Shown piece after piece: positions 28,601-43,319 of a DNA stretch of 64,000 nt. Position 1 is the first letter of the stretch. Each line of letters begins with the position of its first letter. The DNA lies in assembly GCF_009914755.1 (NCBI RefSeq), contig NC_060931.1; one strand, written 5' to 3'. The DNA comes from the human T2T-CHM13v2.0 reference genome, Homo sapiens. A program made the translations under genes and the position numbers. A model generated the notes under the pieces. It had not been told where the DNA came from, searched no databases, and was given only the letters and a program-made list of their open reading frames with translations.

Positions 28601-30088
28601 CAGCTTTCCCTAGGCTCATGTAGCAAAATATAACTCCAGGCATACATTGCTTAAGTACTCACATTTGACTGCAGCCCTTTGGAGAAAGACAACTGGGATG
28701 AGCAACTCATATGAACCACGCCCAGGCCATGCAAAATTAACTAAATCAGAAACCCTGCCCTCAAAATGCTTCCTGCCTACGGGAGGGTCTGGTAGATATC
28801 TCTCCAGGTGTTTTGGGTGCAGAACAAAAGTTCACAGGCAAATGTGTCCAGGTAAAGGAACCTGTGGGTGCTAGAAGAGCTCAGAGGAGGGGCCTTCCAT
28901 TTTGGCCTGGAGCAGGGTCATAGAACACTAGAACAATTCTCTTAAGTTTTGAATTGGTAACATCATCGGCTCTTCTAAAGTCAAAGATAAGCAGTTGGTT
29001 TTTAATTAATTCCTTTTGTTGTTTGCACTATTTATAGTTTCATAGTAATTTTCTGGAATTGTCCTTAGAAGTAAACTGAGGAATTAGTAGCACTTTGATC
29101 TAGTAAGCCCAAATACTTCAGTGTCCACTTACCTACCTGAGATCACAGGTAAAGGAAATAATTCAAACTTCTGTCTTAACAATTCATGCTAAATGCTAGC
29201 AGCCATGAAGCTGCTTTTGTCTATGGAGGAGAGGGATCTCTCATTTAATTTCCTCTTTGCTACCTGTTTGGTAGTCCATAGGTAGAATGTGTTTTCAAAC
29301 TCTGAGGATGGGAGATGATATTGACAAAAGGGAAATTGGAAAGATTACAATCTTAGGAAGAATTAAAATACCAGTAAAGCTATTTTTGGAATATTAAGTG
29401 CATCTTCCATCTTCAAATGACGTTTCATTCTAAACTTTCATCATTTATTACCAGATGCTGGGATGCACACATGCTTGAACGTTGCAAAGTTGTTACATAT
29501 TTTTAATTATATGCTTGTTCTTACAATATGTCAACTACATAAAGATTTTATAGTGTTAGAGCATGTTTGCTCATTTTTGTTAGTATCAGGAACATTTCTA
29601 GGCATTCTGCTAATTTATCGTGGCCTTGTGCAAGCCATTTATTGTCTCCATTTTTGTTTCCTTCAATGTACAAAAGAGAAAGCAATGCTTTTTTTGAAGA
29701 ATGTTGAAAATATGAATGTAGAATGGTATAGGGTTAGTTGTGAGTCCACGGGCTTTGTGGGTTGCAGTAATGGAGATGTGTCATGATGCTGAGTACCAGG
29801 GCACAGAAATTGTTAACATGCCTGCTCTGGGTATTCTGGGTTTCAGAGAGAGATTGTAGTCTGTAATGTGCATAGCACAAAGTACATGGAAAATGAAAAA
29901 GGAAAGCATTCTGTCTGAAGTGCTTTGCACTTCTCTGAAGAAAATGTGATTCAAATGGAGATTGTGGTACAGTCGGGTCATGCCTGGAACACTGTTTACT
30001 TTAGCAAGGAAGGAAGTGAAAGTGAGATTATTTGGGCCTCAGTCCCTGCAAGATGCATAGATCCTTTAACAGTCTGTTCTCTGCTTCC

Positions 30089-30095
30089 AGAGAGG

Positions 30096-30135
<40 letters not shown>

Positions 30136-30139
30136 GGGG
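30089..30139. repeat. (GA)n/(GAGACA)n microsatellite
   Basis: Directly visible in the sequence. Confidence 0.95.
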
Positions 30140-30698
30140 AAATTACTAGTTATTGATGGAGGCTTGACCCTCTTTGAGCAGTAGATTAACTCCAGAGCCT
30201 GGCTGTGCTTGTGATGTGCAGGGTATTTGGCTCCGGCAGGAGTGCGGTTTCTCCCTGTCTTCATAGGCTTCTCTTTCTTTGGGCATGTTTTGTTGCTGCT
30301 TTCTCTACTCAGTTTTCTGCATATTCTAAACTTGTTTTTTCCCTTCTTTCTGTACTCTTTTACCCCATTAAAACTTCCTCTCTTTACAGCCTGTTTGATC
30401 TCAGTTAGATACTTGTGAAAGATCTCACTGACTCCACAAAATACCATTAAGCTGCTAATAATAATGAGAGTAATGTGTTCATTCCTCCAGGGATGGTTGT
30501 AATTTAATTTGTACATCCAAATAAAAACATAGTTAATAGTAGAATTTTCTCCACTGCCTCTCAAATGATACCAAGTGTCTTTTTTTCTTTAACTTATACC
30601 AGCAGGCATCCAACTTTGAATAAGGAAACTTGTCTATTGGCTTATTTTTTTTTTTTCAGTAAAGGAATGATATTTTTAACTGTTTTCTGCTTCCTACA

Positions 30699-31112
30699 GT
30701 ACATTAGTCTGCTAGGGCTGCCAGAGCAAAGTAACACAGACTGGGTAATTTAAACAGAAATTTGTTGTCTTGGAATAAATCTGGAAATCCAAGATTTCCA
30801 GACTTCCACATTTCCAAGTAATCTGGAAGTCCAAGATCAAGGTGTCAGCAGGGCTGGTTTCTTCCGAGGCCTCTCTCCTTGGCTTGCAGATGTCCATCTT
30901 CTTCCTGTGTTTTCTCATGGTGTTCACTCTGCATCTGTCTGTGTCCACATCTCCTCTTCTTATAAGGACACACTCATATTGGATTGGGGCCTGACTTCAT
31001 TTTAACTTAATTACCTCGTTAAAGACCTGTCTCCAGACAGTCATATTCTTAGCTACTGGCGTGAGGACTTCAAAATTTGAATTGTAGAAGCACACAGGTT
31101 AGCCCAAAACAT
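30699..31112 (-). mobile_element. MLT1 (ERVL-MaLR, MLT1A-C-like) LTR
   Basis: attagtctgctagggctgcc...tccaagatcaaggtgtcagcagggctggtttcttccgaggcctctctccttggcttgcagatg. Confidence 0.85.
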
Positions 31113-32469
31113 AGTGTCAATGACCAAAATTGACTTCCTAAAACAGACCTAACGAGGTAGTAACAGTGGGGTGTGTGAGGATGCATCAGCACACATGATG
31201 GGAAAACAGTGCTTATGACGAAGGCACGGAGTGAGTGGTGATGAAGTGTATGCCAATGAACATTAACTGAGGGGCTCAACTTGACCATTCTGATTCTGTG
31301 TCTATTGCATTCTGAGAGCTACTTTAGGAGTTCCTGTATTACTTATGTGAATGGATCCTTGTGTCACAGAAAACTAAAAGGTGACTAAGGGTAGGGAGAG
31401 GGGCTGTATTGAGCAGTTGTAAATTTTGCCTCAGTGGCCACATGATTTGTTCAGAAGCAAATCACATTTGAAATGTGTTAATTGAAAAAAAATCATTCTA
31501 TTTTGCTCAACAAAACAAGTTGTTTTCATCATGGGAATCTTGGTCTCCTGGAGGACTGTGATGGTGGAAAGGGGAGTTTGCAAGCTTATTTCATGTTTTA
31601 TAAAACCTAATGGAATTTTTGTGACTCTGAAATAGGGCCATACAGGATAACTAAATCTTCACATTTCTTTGCTTTTGGTAGGATTGATATCAGCAAAGTG
31701 TGTCAACACTGGTTATCGTAGCCGATCAGGAGCTCTGATTGGCAATTGTATAAGTCTTTGAAGAAAAAGGGAAGATGAATTATTAATAAGTGAAGCTTAC
31801 TAGACTGTCTTTCAAAGCATAAGAACTGTTGAGAGAGAGATAACAGGAAGGGGTACTTGGAGGTGAAATGATTTGGGACCACTGAGTTAAACCAAATTCT
31901 CTCTGACTGCCTCCGTATCTGACTTGCCATTAACCCCACTGCAAAATCTTATTTCTAGGTTTTTATCAATTAAAAAAATTTGAACATGAAATTTGGAATC
32001 AAAACCTTCATCTAAATAGATCTCTATATCAATTATGAGAAAGTGCCAGCAAAGAGAAAGCTACGGTTATTCACACTTTTCAGTCTAATGGTATTTATAT
32101 TCTTTTGGCTGATGTTACTTAACTGAAAACAATGCTATTATTATCCACCTTCACTAAGTAAAATGAGTCAATCTGTGTTCTTCTCTGCAAGTCAGGCTAA
32201 TGCATGTACTGTTGCTGTCTCTGAGTTTGTTTTGGTTCTGAGTAAGATTTTGTAAATTCTCTACTTCTCATTTTCTACCCTTGTGTCTAAAGCCATTTAA
32301 ACAGTGACTTTTTTTTTTAAAGAGGGAGTCATATGCCATATCTAGACTCTTTAGATGTGTTCCTAACTCAGGTGGGGGAAACACAGCTTTAAAAACTGCT
32401 TATTTGCATGTTCCATACAATATCTGATGTGAAGTATGATAGAATTAACACCATAATCTTTTACAGTGG

Positions 32470-32690
32470 GCAGAAGGGAATCAATATTTATCTAGTGCCA
32501 ATATTTTTTATATATTGGCTTTTCTGGAGTAATTTACACAACAGACTGAGTTGGTGGTATTTTCTTTATTTTTAAAGGAGAGAAAACTAAGGTCCGAAAA
32601 AGTTAAATAGCTTGATCAAGGTCATAGAGCTAGTAAATGGTGAAGACAGGATTTGAATCCTAGCGTGTTGGACTCTGAAGATCGTGCATA
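32470..32690 (-). mobile_element. MIR
   Basis: gagaaaactaaggtcc...ttgatcaaggtcatagagctagtaaatggtgaagacaggatttgaatcc. Confidence 0.75.
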
Positions 32691-33621
32691 GTGTCTTCGT
32701 GACCATATGGTGATGAAGTGGCATTTTGCGTGTGGTGGAGAACATTTCAGGTACCCGGAAAAAGGAAAAGTTATACAAGCCCAGAGTACCTTGCTTATAT
32801 GTATGTCCAATAAATGCTTGATCCACTTGGCTAAGCATTTATTTACATGGATTTGTCATATTTGACTTGGCCATATGATGAACAAAATAATGTCTGTGTC
32901 CTTCAAAGGATGAAGTCTTGAGTCGTAATGGGACTAAAAGCACTTAGTCCCAGGATTTCCCTGAGAGCAAGGGGGAATGAGTCCAGGGGGCAGTGAAAAG
33001 AAGACTAGATCCCAAGAGGCAGGTAGGACTCCAGGGATTATCAGACCCATGTGGGGCAACAGGTGGCCCAAGAGGAAGATCTGGTTCTAGGAGGTATTCT
33101 ATTTGGCTCATGGCATATAAAACATTTGTTTACTAGTGCCTGTATTTGACAAGCGGGAGGTTCATATAAATTCCCAGATTGCCTAATTCTTACAAAAATG
33201 AAATGATTCCCAGATGGCAGCCATCTGTCAGAGCTGGGCAGGGCTGCCCCTTTGGGAGGGCATTTGTTTTCCAGCTGACCACACCCCCCTTGCAGATGTG
33301 TGATTCACCCATGCTCCTGTAAATAAATACATGACTTTGAAAAGCCTCTTGTTCATAGGCAGTGAAAATTCACCTTAGAAAATTAGTGCCCCCTCCAAAA
33401 TCATACAGGCAGTTGATATCATGAGGAGGTTTAGGAAAGCAGGTCCCATGCTCTCCAGTCCTTTCCTCTTCAGTTTTGGTGGAGAATCAGCTTCTGGGAC
33501 TTTGAGGACAGGGTACTTATCATCTGAACGGTGGGGTGAATGGGGTTCTGTTTTATCCAGTGCTTCCCTGGACAACTTTCAGAGCCTTGTTTTCTAGTGG
33601 TTAAAAAAAAAAAGATAATGG

Positions 33622-34030
<409 letters not shown>

Positions 34031-34745
34031 TCATGTGGATATTTAGACAAGTTCTGCAGAGTGTGCAGCTCAGGGGGAGGTAGCCACGCCCTGGTCCAGA
34101 TTTTGGTCTCTAGAAGGACTCTTGTAGAACCTCTAATCATTAGGGACTGGCTCCATGGAGCTGCTTTTCCATAAAACATTACCTCCTCAGATGATATCTC
34201 TAAATCTGATAAGTCCCAACGGAAACATTATTCTTACATTTATTTGAAAATATTTAGGACACCATGTGTGTGAGGCCCTGGGCTGCATCCTAGAGATGTG
34301 ACGGGAAGTAAATGGCCCCCTCCAGGAGACAGGCAGCAGTAGTGTGGTGTGTGAGGCACTGTGAGAGCTTGGGTCAGGGGGTCAAGGGGGCACACAGTAG
34401 AAGCCACTCTATTATTATTAATAGACTCCACTGTTGTTGATGGCTTGTTTTTAAATGACAGAGGAATCCTGGGCCAGATGTTCTAGGGAAAAGAAAAGAG
34501 TGTATCAAATGTAACAACTGTGAGTTTGCATGAAGGATATGGCTTCCCACCCAGGCCTACCTACCCTGTGACCATCCTTCATGGTACTTTTCTGACCACG
34601 TAGCTGGAAATCCTTCTTACTGCTTGTCTGTTCCAAGGCTGAGATCCTGCCAGCTGGATCATACTTCTCATTCTATTTCTGTCGGGCACTGGGGTGCGGC
34701 CAGGACATAGACTGCCTTTCAAATCTGTGGAAAAGGATGATGTCA

Positions 34746-35395
<650 letters not shown>

Positions 35396-35899
35396 ATTTT
35401 TAAAAGCACAGCTGAAGTGGCAAGAAAATAAGAGAAATTAATTTCTAGAGGTGGAGTTGGAATCCATAGAGCAAAGTCTGCCTTGAAGTTGTGGCTGTCT
35501 GGGAGCATCTCTTGATCTTGGGGCCTGGGCCCTTGGCACTCATGGCCAATCATTACCGGGTTGTGGCACGTGAAGAGTTCAGGTCCCCAAGTAGAAAGAA
35601 TCAGATCAGGATCTATCTTATAAAGCCAGGGCACCCAAGAGCCTGTACTGCAATGGGACAGTGTAGGCAAACATCTTTCAATGGGCCTTGGCTCTGTCCA
35701 GAGGAGAAAGAAATGTTTGTGTTTTCCCCAAGTCATTGCCATCTGTAGCAGGCTTACCCTCTTATGGATGTGGAGCCCAATTCATGCTTCCCTGTGTGGT
35801 CTGCAAAGTCCAAATGGAATATGTGTTTTTAAATGGATCAACAGGTATCTGATCTAAACAAACACACACGGGGTGAATGCACCCTTCACCCAGGCTGCA

Positions 35900-37000
35900 A
35901 AAAATTCCCACAAGTAGTGTTCCAAGTAATGTGACCTCAAAAGAAAAAGTACTCACAAGAAGAAAGGGCAATGTGAGCAAGAATCAGCTGAGGCAAAAGC
36001 AGTTGAATCAGACCCAGATATTGGGATGTAAAATGAGTATATTTGATATATACTTATTTACATATATACATATAAAGAAAATGCTGGAATAAAGTGCATG
36101 GGTAAAGAACAGAAATATATCCCCAATCCTAGTCAGCTTTGAATAAGAATCAGATAAAGCTTGTTTAAGTGAATGATACATTTAATGAATGATATCAATC
36201 CCATGGAATTAATATTCAATGGGAGGGATTAACAGTTGTAGACTAGATGCAGTTTAAGATATAATTAGCAAACCAGCACACAGATCTGAAGAAGTTAACT
36301 AGTATGAAACATAGACATATAGATGGAACACAGGAAAGAGATGTTTCGATACATGGAGGATAGAGTGAAAAGATCTACCACACATCTGCTTAGAATTCTG
36401 AGATTGTAGAGAATGGGAGAAATTTAGATAGTTCCAAGAGACGGCAGTTCCAAGACTTTCTAGTTGAAAGTCTGCTTAGAATTCTGCTTAGAATTCTGAG
36501 ATTGTAGAGTATGGGAGAAATTAAGATAGTTCCAAGAGATGGCAGTTCCAAGACTTTCTAGTTGAAAGACATCTATTTTCTCATTCAGGAAACCCAATGA
36601 ATCTAAAGAAAGATAAATAAAAATATATTCACATCCAGCCATATTATAGAGACTGCAGAACAACAAAGGCAAAATAAAGATGTTCAGAGCAACCAGAGAA
36701 GACATTACATCCAGAATAACAGTGAGTAGGCTTACAGCAGACATCTGATCAACAGAAAACACAGCACAGTAGGAGAATATTTTTAAATAAGAGAGAAACA
36801 AGTGTTAATCCGATTGATGTATCCAACAAAATTGTCCTTCAGGAATGAGCCTAAAGAAAGATACTTTATACAATAGAGAGCTGACCACCAAAAAATATTT
36901 ACTAAAAGAACTTTAAAATAAGAGTCTAAAGGATGAAATTTAGGAAGAAGGAAAATGATCCCAGAAGCAAAGTCACAGAATCAAGAAGGAGTGGATAAAA
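35900..37000 (+). mobile_element. Old L1M ORF1-region remnant
   Basis: A-rich decayed ORF1-like sequence, e.g. tatccaacaaaattgtccttcaggaatgag. Confidence 0.6.
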
Positions 37001-37084
37001 CTTAACTGTTTACTAAGCTGTACACCAGTGGAGCTCAGCTGGGGGCAACATTGTTTGCCTTCCCCCAGAAGACTTTTGCAAGGT

Positions 37085-38042
37085 ATTTGTTACCTGGGTA
37101 TATAGTGTGATGCTGAGGTTTGGGATAAGAATGATCACATCACTCAGGTACTGAACATAGTATGCAACAGTTAGTTTTTCAACCCTTGCCCACCTCCCTC
37201 GCCCCTCTCATAGTCTCCAGTGTCTATTGTTCCCATCTTTGTGTACATAAGTGCCCAATGTTTAGCTTCCACTTATAAATGAAAACATGTGGTATTTGGT
37301 TTTCTGTTCCTGCATTAATTCACTTAGGGTAGTGGTACCCAACTGCATCCATGTTGCTGCAAAGGACATCATTCCATTCTTTTTTATGACTATGTAGTAT
37401 TCCATGGTGTATATGTACCACATTTTATTTATCCAATCCACCGTTGATGGGCACCTAGGTTGATTCCATGTCTTTGCTATTGTGAGTAGTGCTGCAATGA
37501 ACATAGGAGTGCATGTGTCATTTTGGTAGAAGGATTTATTTTCCTTTGGGTATATACCCAGGAATAGTATTGCTGGGTAATAGGTAGCTCTGATTTAAGT
37601 TCTTTGAGAAATCTCCAACTACTTTCTGCAGTGGCTGAACTAATTTACATTCCCTCCAACAGTGTATTAGTGCTCCCTTTTCTCTGCAGCCTCACAAGCA
37701 TCTGTTATTTTGTGACCTTTTAATAATAGCCATTCTGACTGGTGTGAGATAGTATCTCATTGTGATTATGATTTGTGTTTGTCTGATGATCAGTGATGTT
37801 GAGCATGTTATCATATGCTTGTTGGCTGCTTGTTTGTCTAATTTTGAGAAGTGTCTGTTCATGTCTCTTGCCCATTTTTTAATGGAGTTATTTGTTATTT
37901 GTTTGCTGATTTGTTTAAATTTCTTATAGATGGTGGACCTTTGTTGGATGCATAGTTTGCAAATATTTTCTCCCATTCTGTAGACTGTCTGTTTACTCTG
38001 TGGATAGATTCTTTCACTGTGCAGAAGCTCTTTAGTTTAAAT
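37085..38042 (-). mobile_element. 5'-truncated primate L1 (L1PA/L1PB-like) 3' end
   Basis: Minus-strand translation MFIAALLTIAKTWNQPRCPSTVDWINKMWYIYTMEYY is the L1 ORF2 C-terminus, followed by the 3' UTR. Confidence 0.95.
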
Positions 38043-39503
38043 ATTCTTAGAAAACAGGTACTGGGAGCCAGCTCAGCCTTAGGCCAAATCATCAAGTAGG
38101 TGAACACTTCAGAGGCATCCCCAGCTGGTCAGAACTGCCCACCACCAAGTTCTCAGCCACTCACCAAGTTCTCACTACTCAGCCATGGGCAATTTTTCCT
38201 ACCCTTCCTGTAATGAAGGTCAGAATGCTTGGAAATCAGATTCCTTTCCTACTGCTCTGTGTACCCTTAGGGCAATAGGCCAATCAGAAATAAATAGTAC
38301 CTTCAACCATACCAAACAGATTGGCCCTTCTGTATGTATCTTTGCTTTCCTCATATCTAGCTTTAAAAACAATTCTTATTTATATTTTACTTCCAAATTC
38401 TGTATGCTTTTAAAAAAGAGAGCTCAATATTTTTGTTTTAGAAAGCTTGAAACAAATGAAATATAATAAAATTAATTTCAAGTAAGTCACTATTCTTATT
38501 AATTCCTCTTGATATGCCAGGAGCTAAACCTCCCCACCTGGTGACACTGTGGCATTGTTGACAACTATGCTCTGGGGACATGGAGGGAAACAAGCCCCAC
38601 CCGTGGGGAGCCTGGGATGTGCAGGGAGCCAGCAGGTGGCCAGATGCTCACCTTTCTTTCTCACGTGGGGCAGAACTGCCCCGAGCGCCTCTACCTCCAC
38701 TCGCTGTGCTTTTGCTGCGTCACACACACAAATGTCATGAGTGGGTAGGTTGAAAAAGAATATGGCTTTTGACAAGGCTGCTGCTGTGGCCTGGGCAGGA
38801 GAAGCAGGAGAGAGACAGGCAGCTGAGGGGTACACTGTGCTCTAATGTCAGCCTCCCAGCTCAGGGTAACCTCCCACTGGTAGCAGAGTTCATGTCTGGG
38901 CTCCCAGTCCTCTCCAGGAAGCTAAGAAAATCAGCTTATCTTGCTTCTAGGTAACAGCAAGGGATGACAGATATAATTTAATGGTCAGATCTCAGGGACC
39001 ATTGCGCCGTATGTCTGGGTGCAAAGAGTCCCTTTCTGTGTGAGTGAGCACTGCTGTGTCTTCTCCACCAGAGCTTAAAACTCCATGGAAAGGGACTTCA
39101 TCAAACGGAGAAACCACAGTGGGTGTCCTGTTCTAATTTCAGCCTACTTTTGAATAGGCTTAGCTTCAAGAAGAGATTCAGGGCCAGTGATGGGAACCCA
39201 CAGTGCCTGTCCACTCCTGGCTCGGGCTGTGGTCCAGCACTTCCTGGGTAATTGGCAGCTGATGTGTTGAAGGAGCTTTAACAAGACAAGCAAACCCTGA
39301 CTTCAGGCAGTGTCCAGACGGGCATCCATTTGGGTCACTCTACAGTTGGGGGTGCGAGCAGGGCTGTTGGAGCCCGGCCAGCTTTGGGCAAAGGCAGACT
39401 GATGGGTGCCTTTGGTCATCTTCACTTCCTGCTTGTAGTGGGCATTGTCACTGCCATCTCAAAGAATGCCAAACGGGAGCACTGTAGTTCTGTTTTCCCC
39501 TGG

Positions 39504-39504
<1 letters not shown>

Positions 39505-39537
<33 letters not shown>

Positions 39538-40440
39538 TGTGTGGGTGTGTAAGACAGTGTGTATGAGTGTGTGTGAGTGTGGGTGTGAGACAGTGTGAGT
39601 GTATGTGTAAGTGTGAGAGTGTGTGAGTGTGGGCATGTGCGACACCCACACCTACTTATCCACACTCTTATGAGTGGTGGGTGTGTGAGTGAGTGTGTGG
39701 GTGTGAGTGTGGATGTGTGGGTATGAGAGTCTGTGAGTGTGGGTGTGTGAGGGTGTGTGTGTGTGAGAGGATGTATGGGTGTGGGGTGTGTGTGGATGTG
39801 TGTGTGGATGTGGGTGTGGGGGTGTGAGAGAGGGTGTGTATGAGTGTGGGTGAGTGTGACTGTGTGGGTGCGTGTGAGAGTGGATATGTGGGTATGAGTG
39901 TGTGTGAGCATGTGTGTGAGCGTGTGTGTGGGGGGTGTGAGGGTGTGTGTGGAGTGAGTGTGGGTGTGAGAGTGTGTGTGGCCTGCATGTGTGAGAATAT
40001 GAGTGTGGGTGCATGTGTGTGCATGAGTGTGTGTGAGCATGTGTGTGTGAGGTGTGGGTGCATGCTTGAAAGTGTGTCAGTGTGAGCGTGTGGGTGCATG
40101 TGTGAGTGTGGGTGTATGTGTGGGTGCGTGAGTGTGTGAGAGTGTAGGTTTGGGTGTGAGAGAGAGATTGAGAGAGTGTAGTGTGTGTGTGAATGGATGT
40201 ATGAGAATGTGAGTGTGGCTGTATGTGTGTGTTAGCATGTGTGTGGGTGCATGTGTGAGTGTGGGTGTGTGTGTGTGAGTGTGGGAGAGTGTAAGAGTGT
40301 AGGTGTGGGAGTGGGTGTGTGTGAGCGGGTGTGTGTGAGAGTGTGAGTGTGAGCGGGTGTGTGAGTGTGGGTGTAGGTGTGTGTGGGTGCGTGTGAGTGT
40401 ATATGTGGCTGTGTGTGTGTGTGAGTGTGAGTGTGTGTAT
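39505..40440. repeat. Long degenerate (TG)n-derived low-complexity tract, about 935 bp
   Basis: TG/GA/GG/CATG mosaic directly visible in the sequence. Confidence 0.97.
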
Positions 40441-43146
40441 GAAGTAGGCATAGTGGTTTCATTGCATTAACATTTCCCCCCATTGGCCACAGTCCCCACC
40501 ACTCCTTATTACACACTTAGTTCATGGCCTCATTTTCTTACTTGACTGGTCCCTGAAGAAATTTGAATTTGTCATCCCTGAGAGAACTAATCCCCATGTC
40601 ACACCTGTCTTTTAAAAGTCTATTCTTAGGAAGACATTATTTTAGTCATTTATATATGAAGTAAAAATTAAGCTCTCTTTTTTCTCCCAAGGATTACTTA
40701 GCTGTAATTCTTTAAAACAAAAGGGTTTTGATCTTCCAATGTTTTTAAAGAAGAGAATATCTTTCAAAATTTGTCAGGGAACCTTCTTCTCTCCCCAAAC
40801 AGGTGGTCAGATGCAGTTGACATTACTTTCTTTCTCTTACGGGCTTAATTTAGGAATCTATAAATGAGCCAATTATCTACAAAATAATTCTACAAAGATT
40901 TCAGCGTCACCCATGCTTCCCAGGTGGGAAGTGAGAAGCCGCTCCCTGCACTGGCCCTGGTGCTCCGGGGGGCCCTACGGCCCCTTGGCTCCTTGCAGAG
41001 GCGGGGGTGCAGGCCGCCAGCACGTTTGGCTGCATCCTTTCTGACTGTGTATCTGTTAGGCAAGCTGGCAGATTCCAGACTGCCCATCAGGTCTGAACCA
41101 TCAGCAAAGAAGGAGGTCTTCCTCATTCTCCTCCTAGCTGTTCTGCTGTTTGCAACCAAGTAAATATGAAGTGTAAACCCTGCCACTAGTTTTTCCCCCG
41201 CATAATTGACCTAGCAAGTTCCTGTTGATCTGTATTAATGTGAGGGAATTATTCAGGAGAGGATTTAAAAGATGTTAGTAGACAAGGGTCTTGCCTGAAG
41301 CTAAAGCCATAAAGAAGGAAAAGTTGTCTGTGGTGCCCGAGAAGAAAGCTGTATTGCCTCAGATTGTCAGGCTGCAGTATTCTTAATCTATTGTGTTGTA
41401 TGTGGAGTTGTCTTCTTACTGAGACTCAGAAACTGACAGCCTCTGGGGACAGTTCTTAATTAAATCCCTTTGTGTGCAAATCTGTTCTCTGACAGACAGT
41501 GGAAAGACAGAACAGAAAAAAAAATTCTTTTCTGAATGGCACAGGCAGCAGCGTCTCTCTGTCCTTAGTTTCTGTTGCTATAATCCTTGTGGTGGAGGCT
41601 GGAAGGTAGCTTGTGGATCAACTTCACTTCACATTAGAATTAGCTCTCTTTTTGAGGGAGAAAGTAGAGAGGGGCAGGGAGCTAGGTGGGGAGCCTTTCT
41701 GTGCCTTCCTGGATTGATGAAGGGACATCACATGGCAGGGCACCTCCCAGCCCTCAGGGGGTCGGGGACTCAGGCTGCAGGGCCAGAGTCCCCAGGTGGC
41801 AAGGGCCCTTCTGCTTGTCAAGTTTGGAGGGAGAATTTGGCCATGTCCTGTGCTAGTTTGATAAGACAGTTTCAGGGAAGAAACCTGAACAAGGACGGGG
41901 GAGAGGTTTAGTTCCAGGTGACTGCTGAAAGGAAGACATCATTTTCCAGGTTTCTTATAGGTGGTGAGGAGGGCTGACAGGTGCAGGCAGAGCCATTTGC
42001 GCTCCAGGATGCCTGTGGATTCTGAGTACTTATTAATGAACATTTTCTATCACTGGCCCTGTGGTATGACCAGACTTCAGTTCAGGCAGAGACCTGCCTC
42101 AAGAAGTCACCAGACCTGTGGGTGTGTTTTCACTCCATAAAAAGCAGAGTTGAAAGGAATCACTTCAGCATTTTCCTCCAGCTCTGAAATCACACAGTTA
42201 CAGGTTATCAGAAGCTAGTAAGACTACACTGTATAAATGGAAGGGACTTCGTGACTTGCCTCTACGTGCACCCTAAGGGTGTGAGCTGGAAACAGGTTTT
42301 CATAAATTGGGCAGCTAGAAAAGGCACTTTCGCCATCTGGTGACAGAACTGTGACAATGATTTGGGGAGGCTGCTTGTCCTGGGCTACGCGGAGAGACTG
42401 CTTTGTCATTCATGCCTTTCACTAACTTCTTAATCTGAGGTCATCCAAATAATCATGTAACAGGGTCAAAATGAATACAACAAAAGTGGTATGTGCAGAC
42501 AGGGAGGTCCTCTTAGTTTAGAACATTGCTTTTCCTTCCATGGCTCCCAATATTTGCTGATGGCTGAAAACAGTTGTTCTTGTTAAAGTTTCTGTCTCTG
42601 TTGGGATATCCCAGCCTTTTGGGCAGTCAGGAATCTGATCACTTCTGGGAAGTGACTCAGCTTTTCAGGAGTTATCTCCCAAACCTACGGCCATTTTTCT
42701 GAGTGCCCCCTCCACCAGCTCCAGGCTGACTCAAGCCAGGGTGGTGGCATCTGACCCCTTGGCTTTGCCCTCATTCCATCCTCCTCCCTCGGGTCCTTCT
42801 TTCCAGACAAGAAGATGCTTCGCCTTCCTTTGTTATACATTCTTTAATTCTTCCCACTCTATGATTGAACCTCCAGACTTTGGCTCTCAGTCTGTAAAAA
42901 TCAAGCTCAAGAAGTACTGATAATGGCCACTGTCTTCCTGGAAAGCCTGGCCCTCATGATTCTTAAAAGCACAGCAATTATGTAGTTACTTGTTCTACTT
43001 ACTTGTGTCTGCTCTCTAGAAAACCAAGGCTTAGCCTCTTTGTGTAGGTGCAGTGGTGGAAGGGCCAAAGGGAAACACTGGTGAGAAAGAAATATACAGG
43101 CGTTACTTCAAAATACTGTCCTTCTCTCTGCCATGACTACTAGCAC

Positions 43147-43275
43147 ATTTGGCCCTCCACATCCACAGATGCCACATATGCAGGGCCACCTGGAAGGGAC
43201 CTGAGCATCCTTGAATTTTAGTATCCGAGTTGTTTCCCGGAATCAGTCCCCCATGGATACCAGCGGACGACTGTA
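43147..43275 (-). mobile_element. MER2-like (Tigger2-family) DNA transposon relic
   Basis: Terminus aatcagtcccccatggataccagcggacgactgta. Confidence 0.7.
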
Positions 43276-43319
43276 ATTCATCCTTGTGGAGTGTCCATCA
43301 TGAGCCACTCACCGCTGTA

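Noticed and set aside
39422-40516. His/Thr-rich ORFs up to 193 aa
   Set aside because: Translation of (CA)n-type low-complexity sequence.
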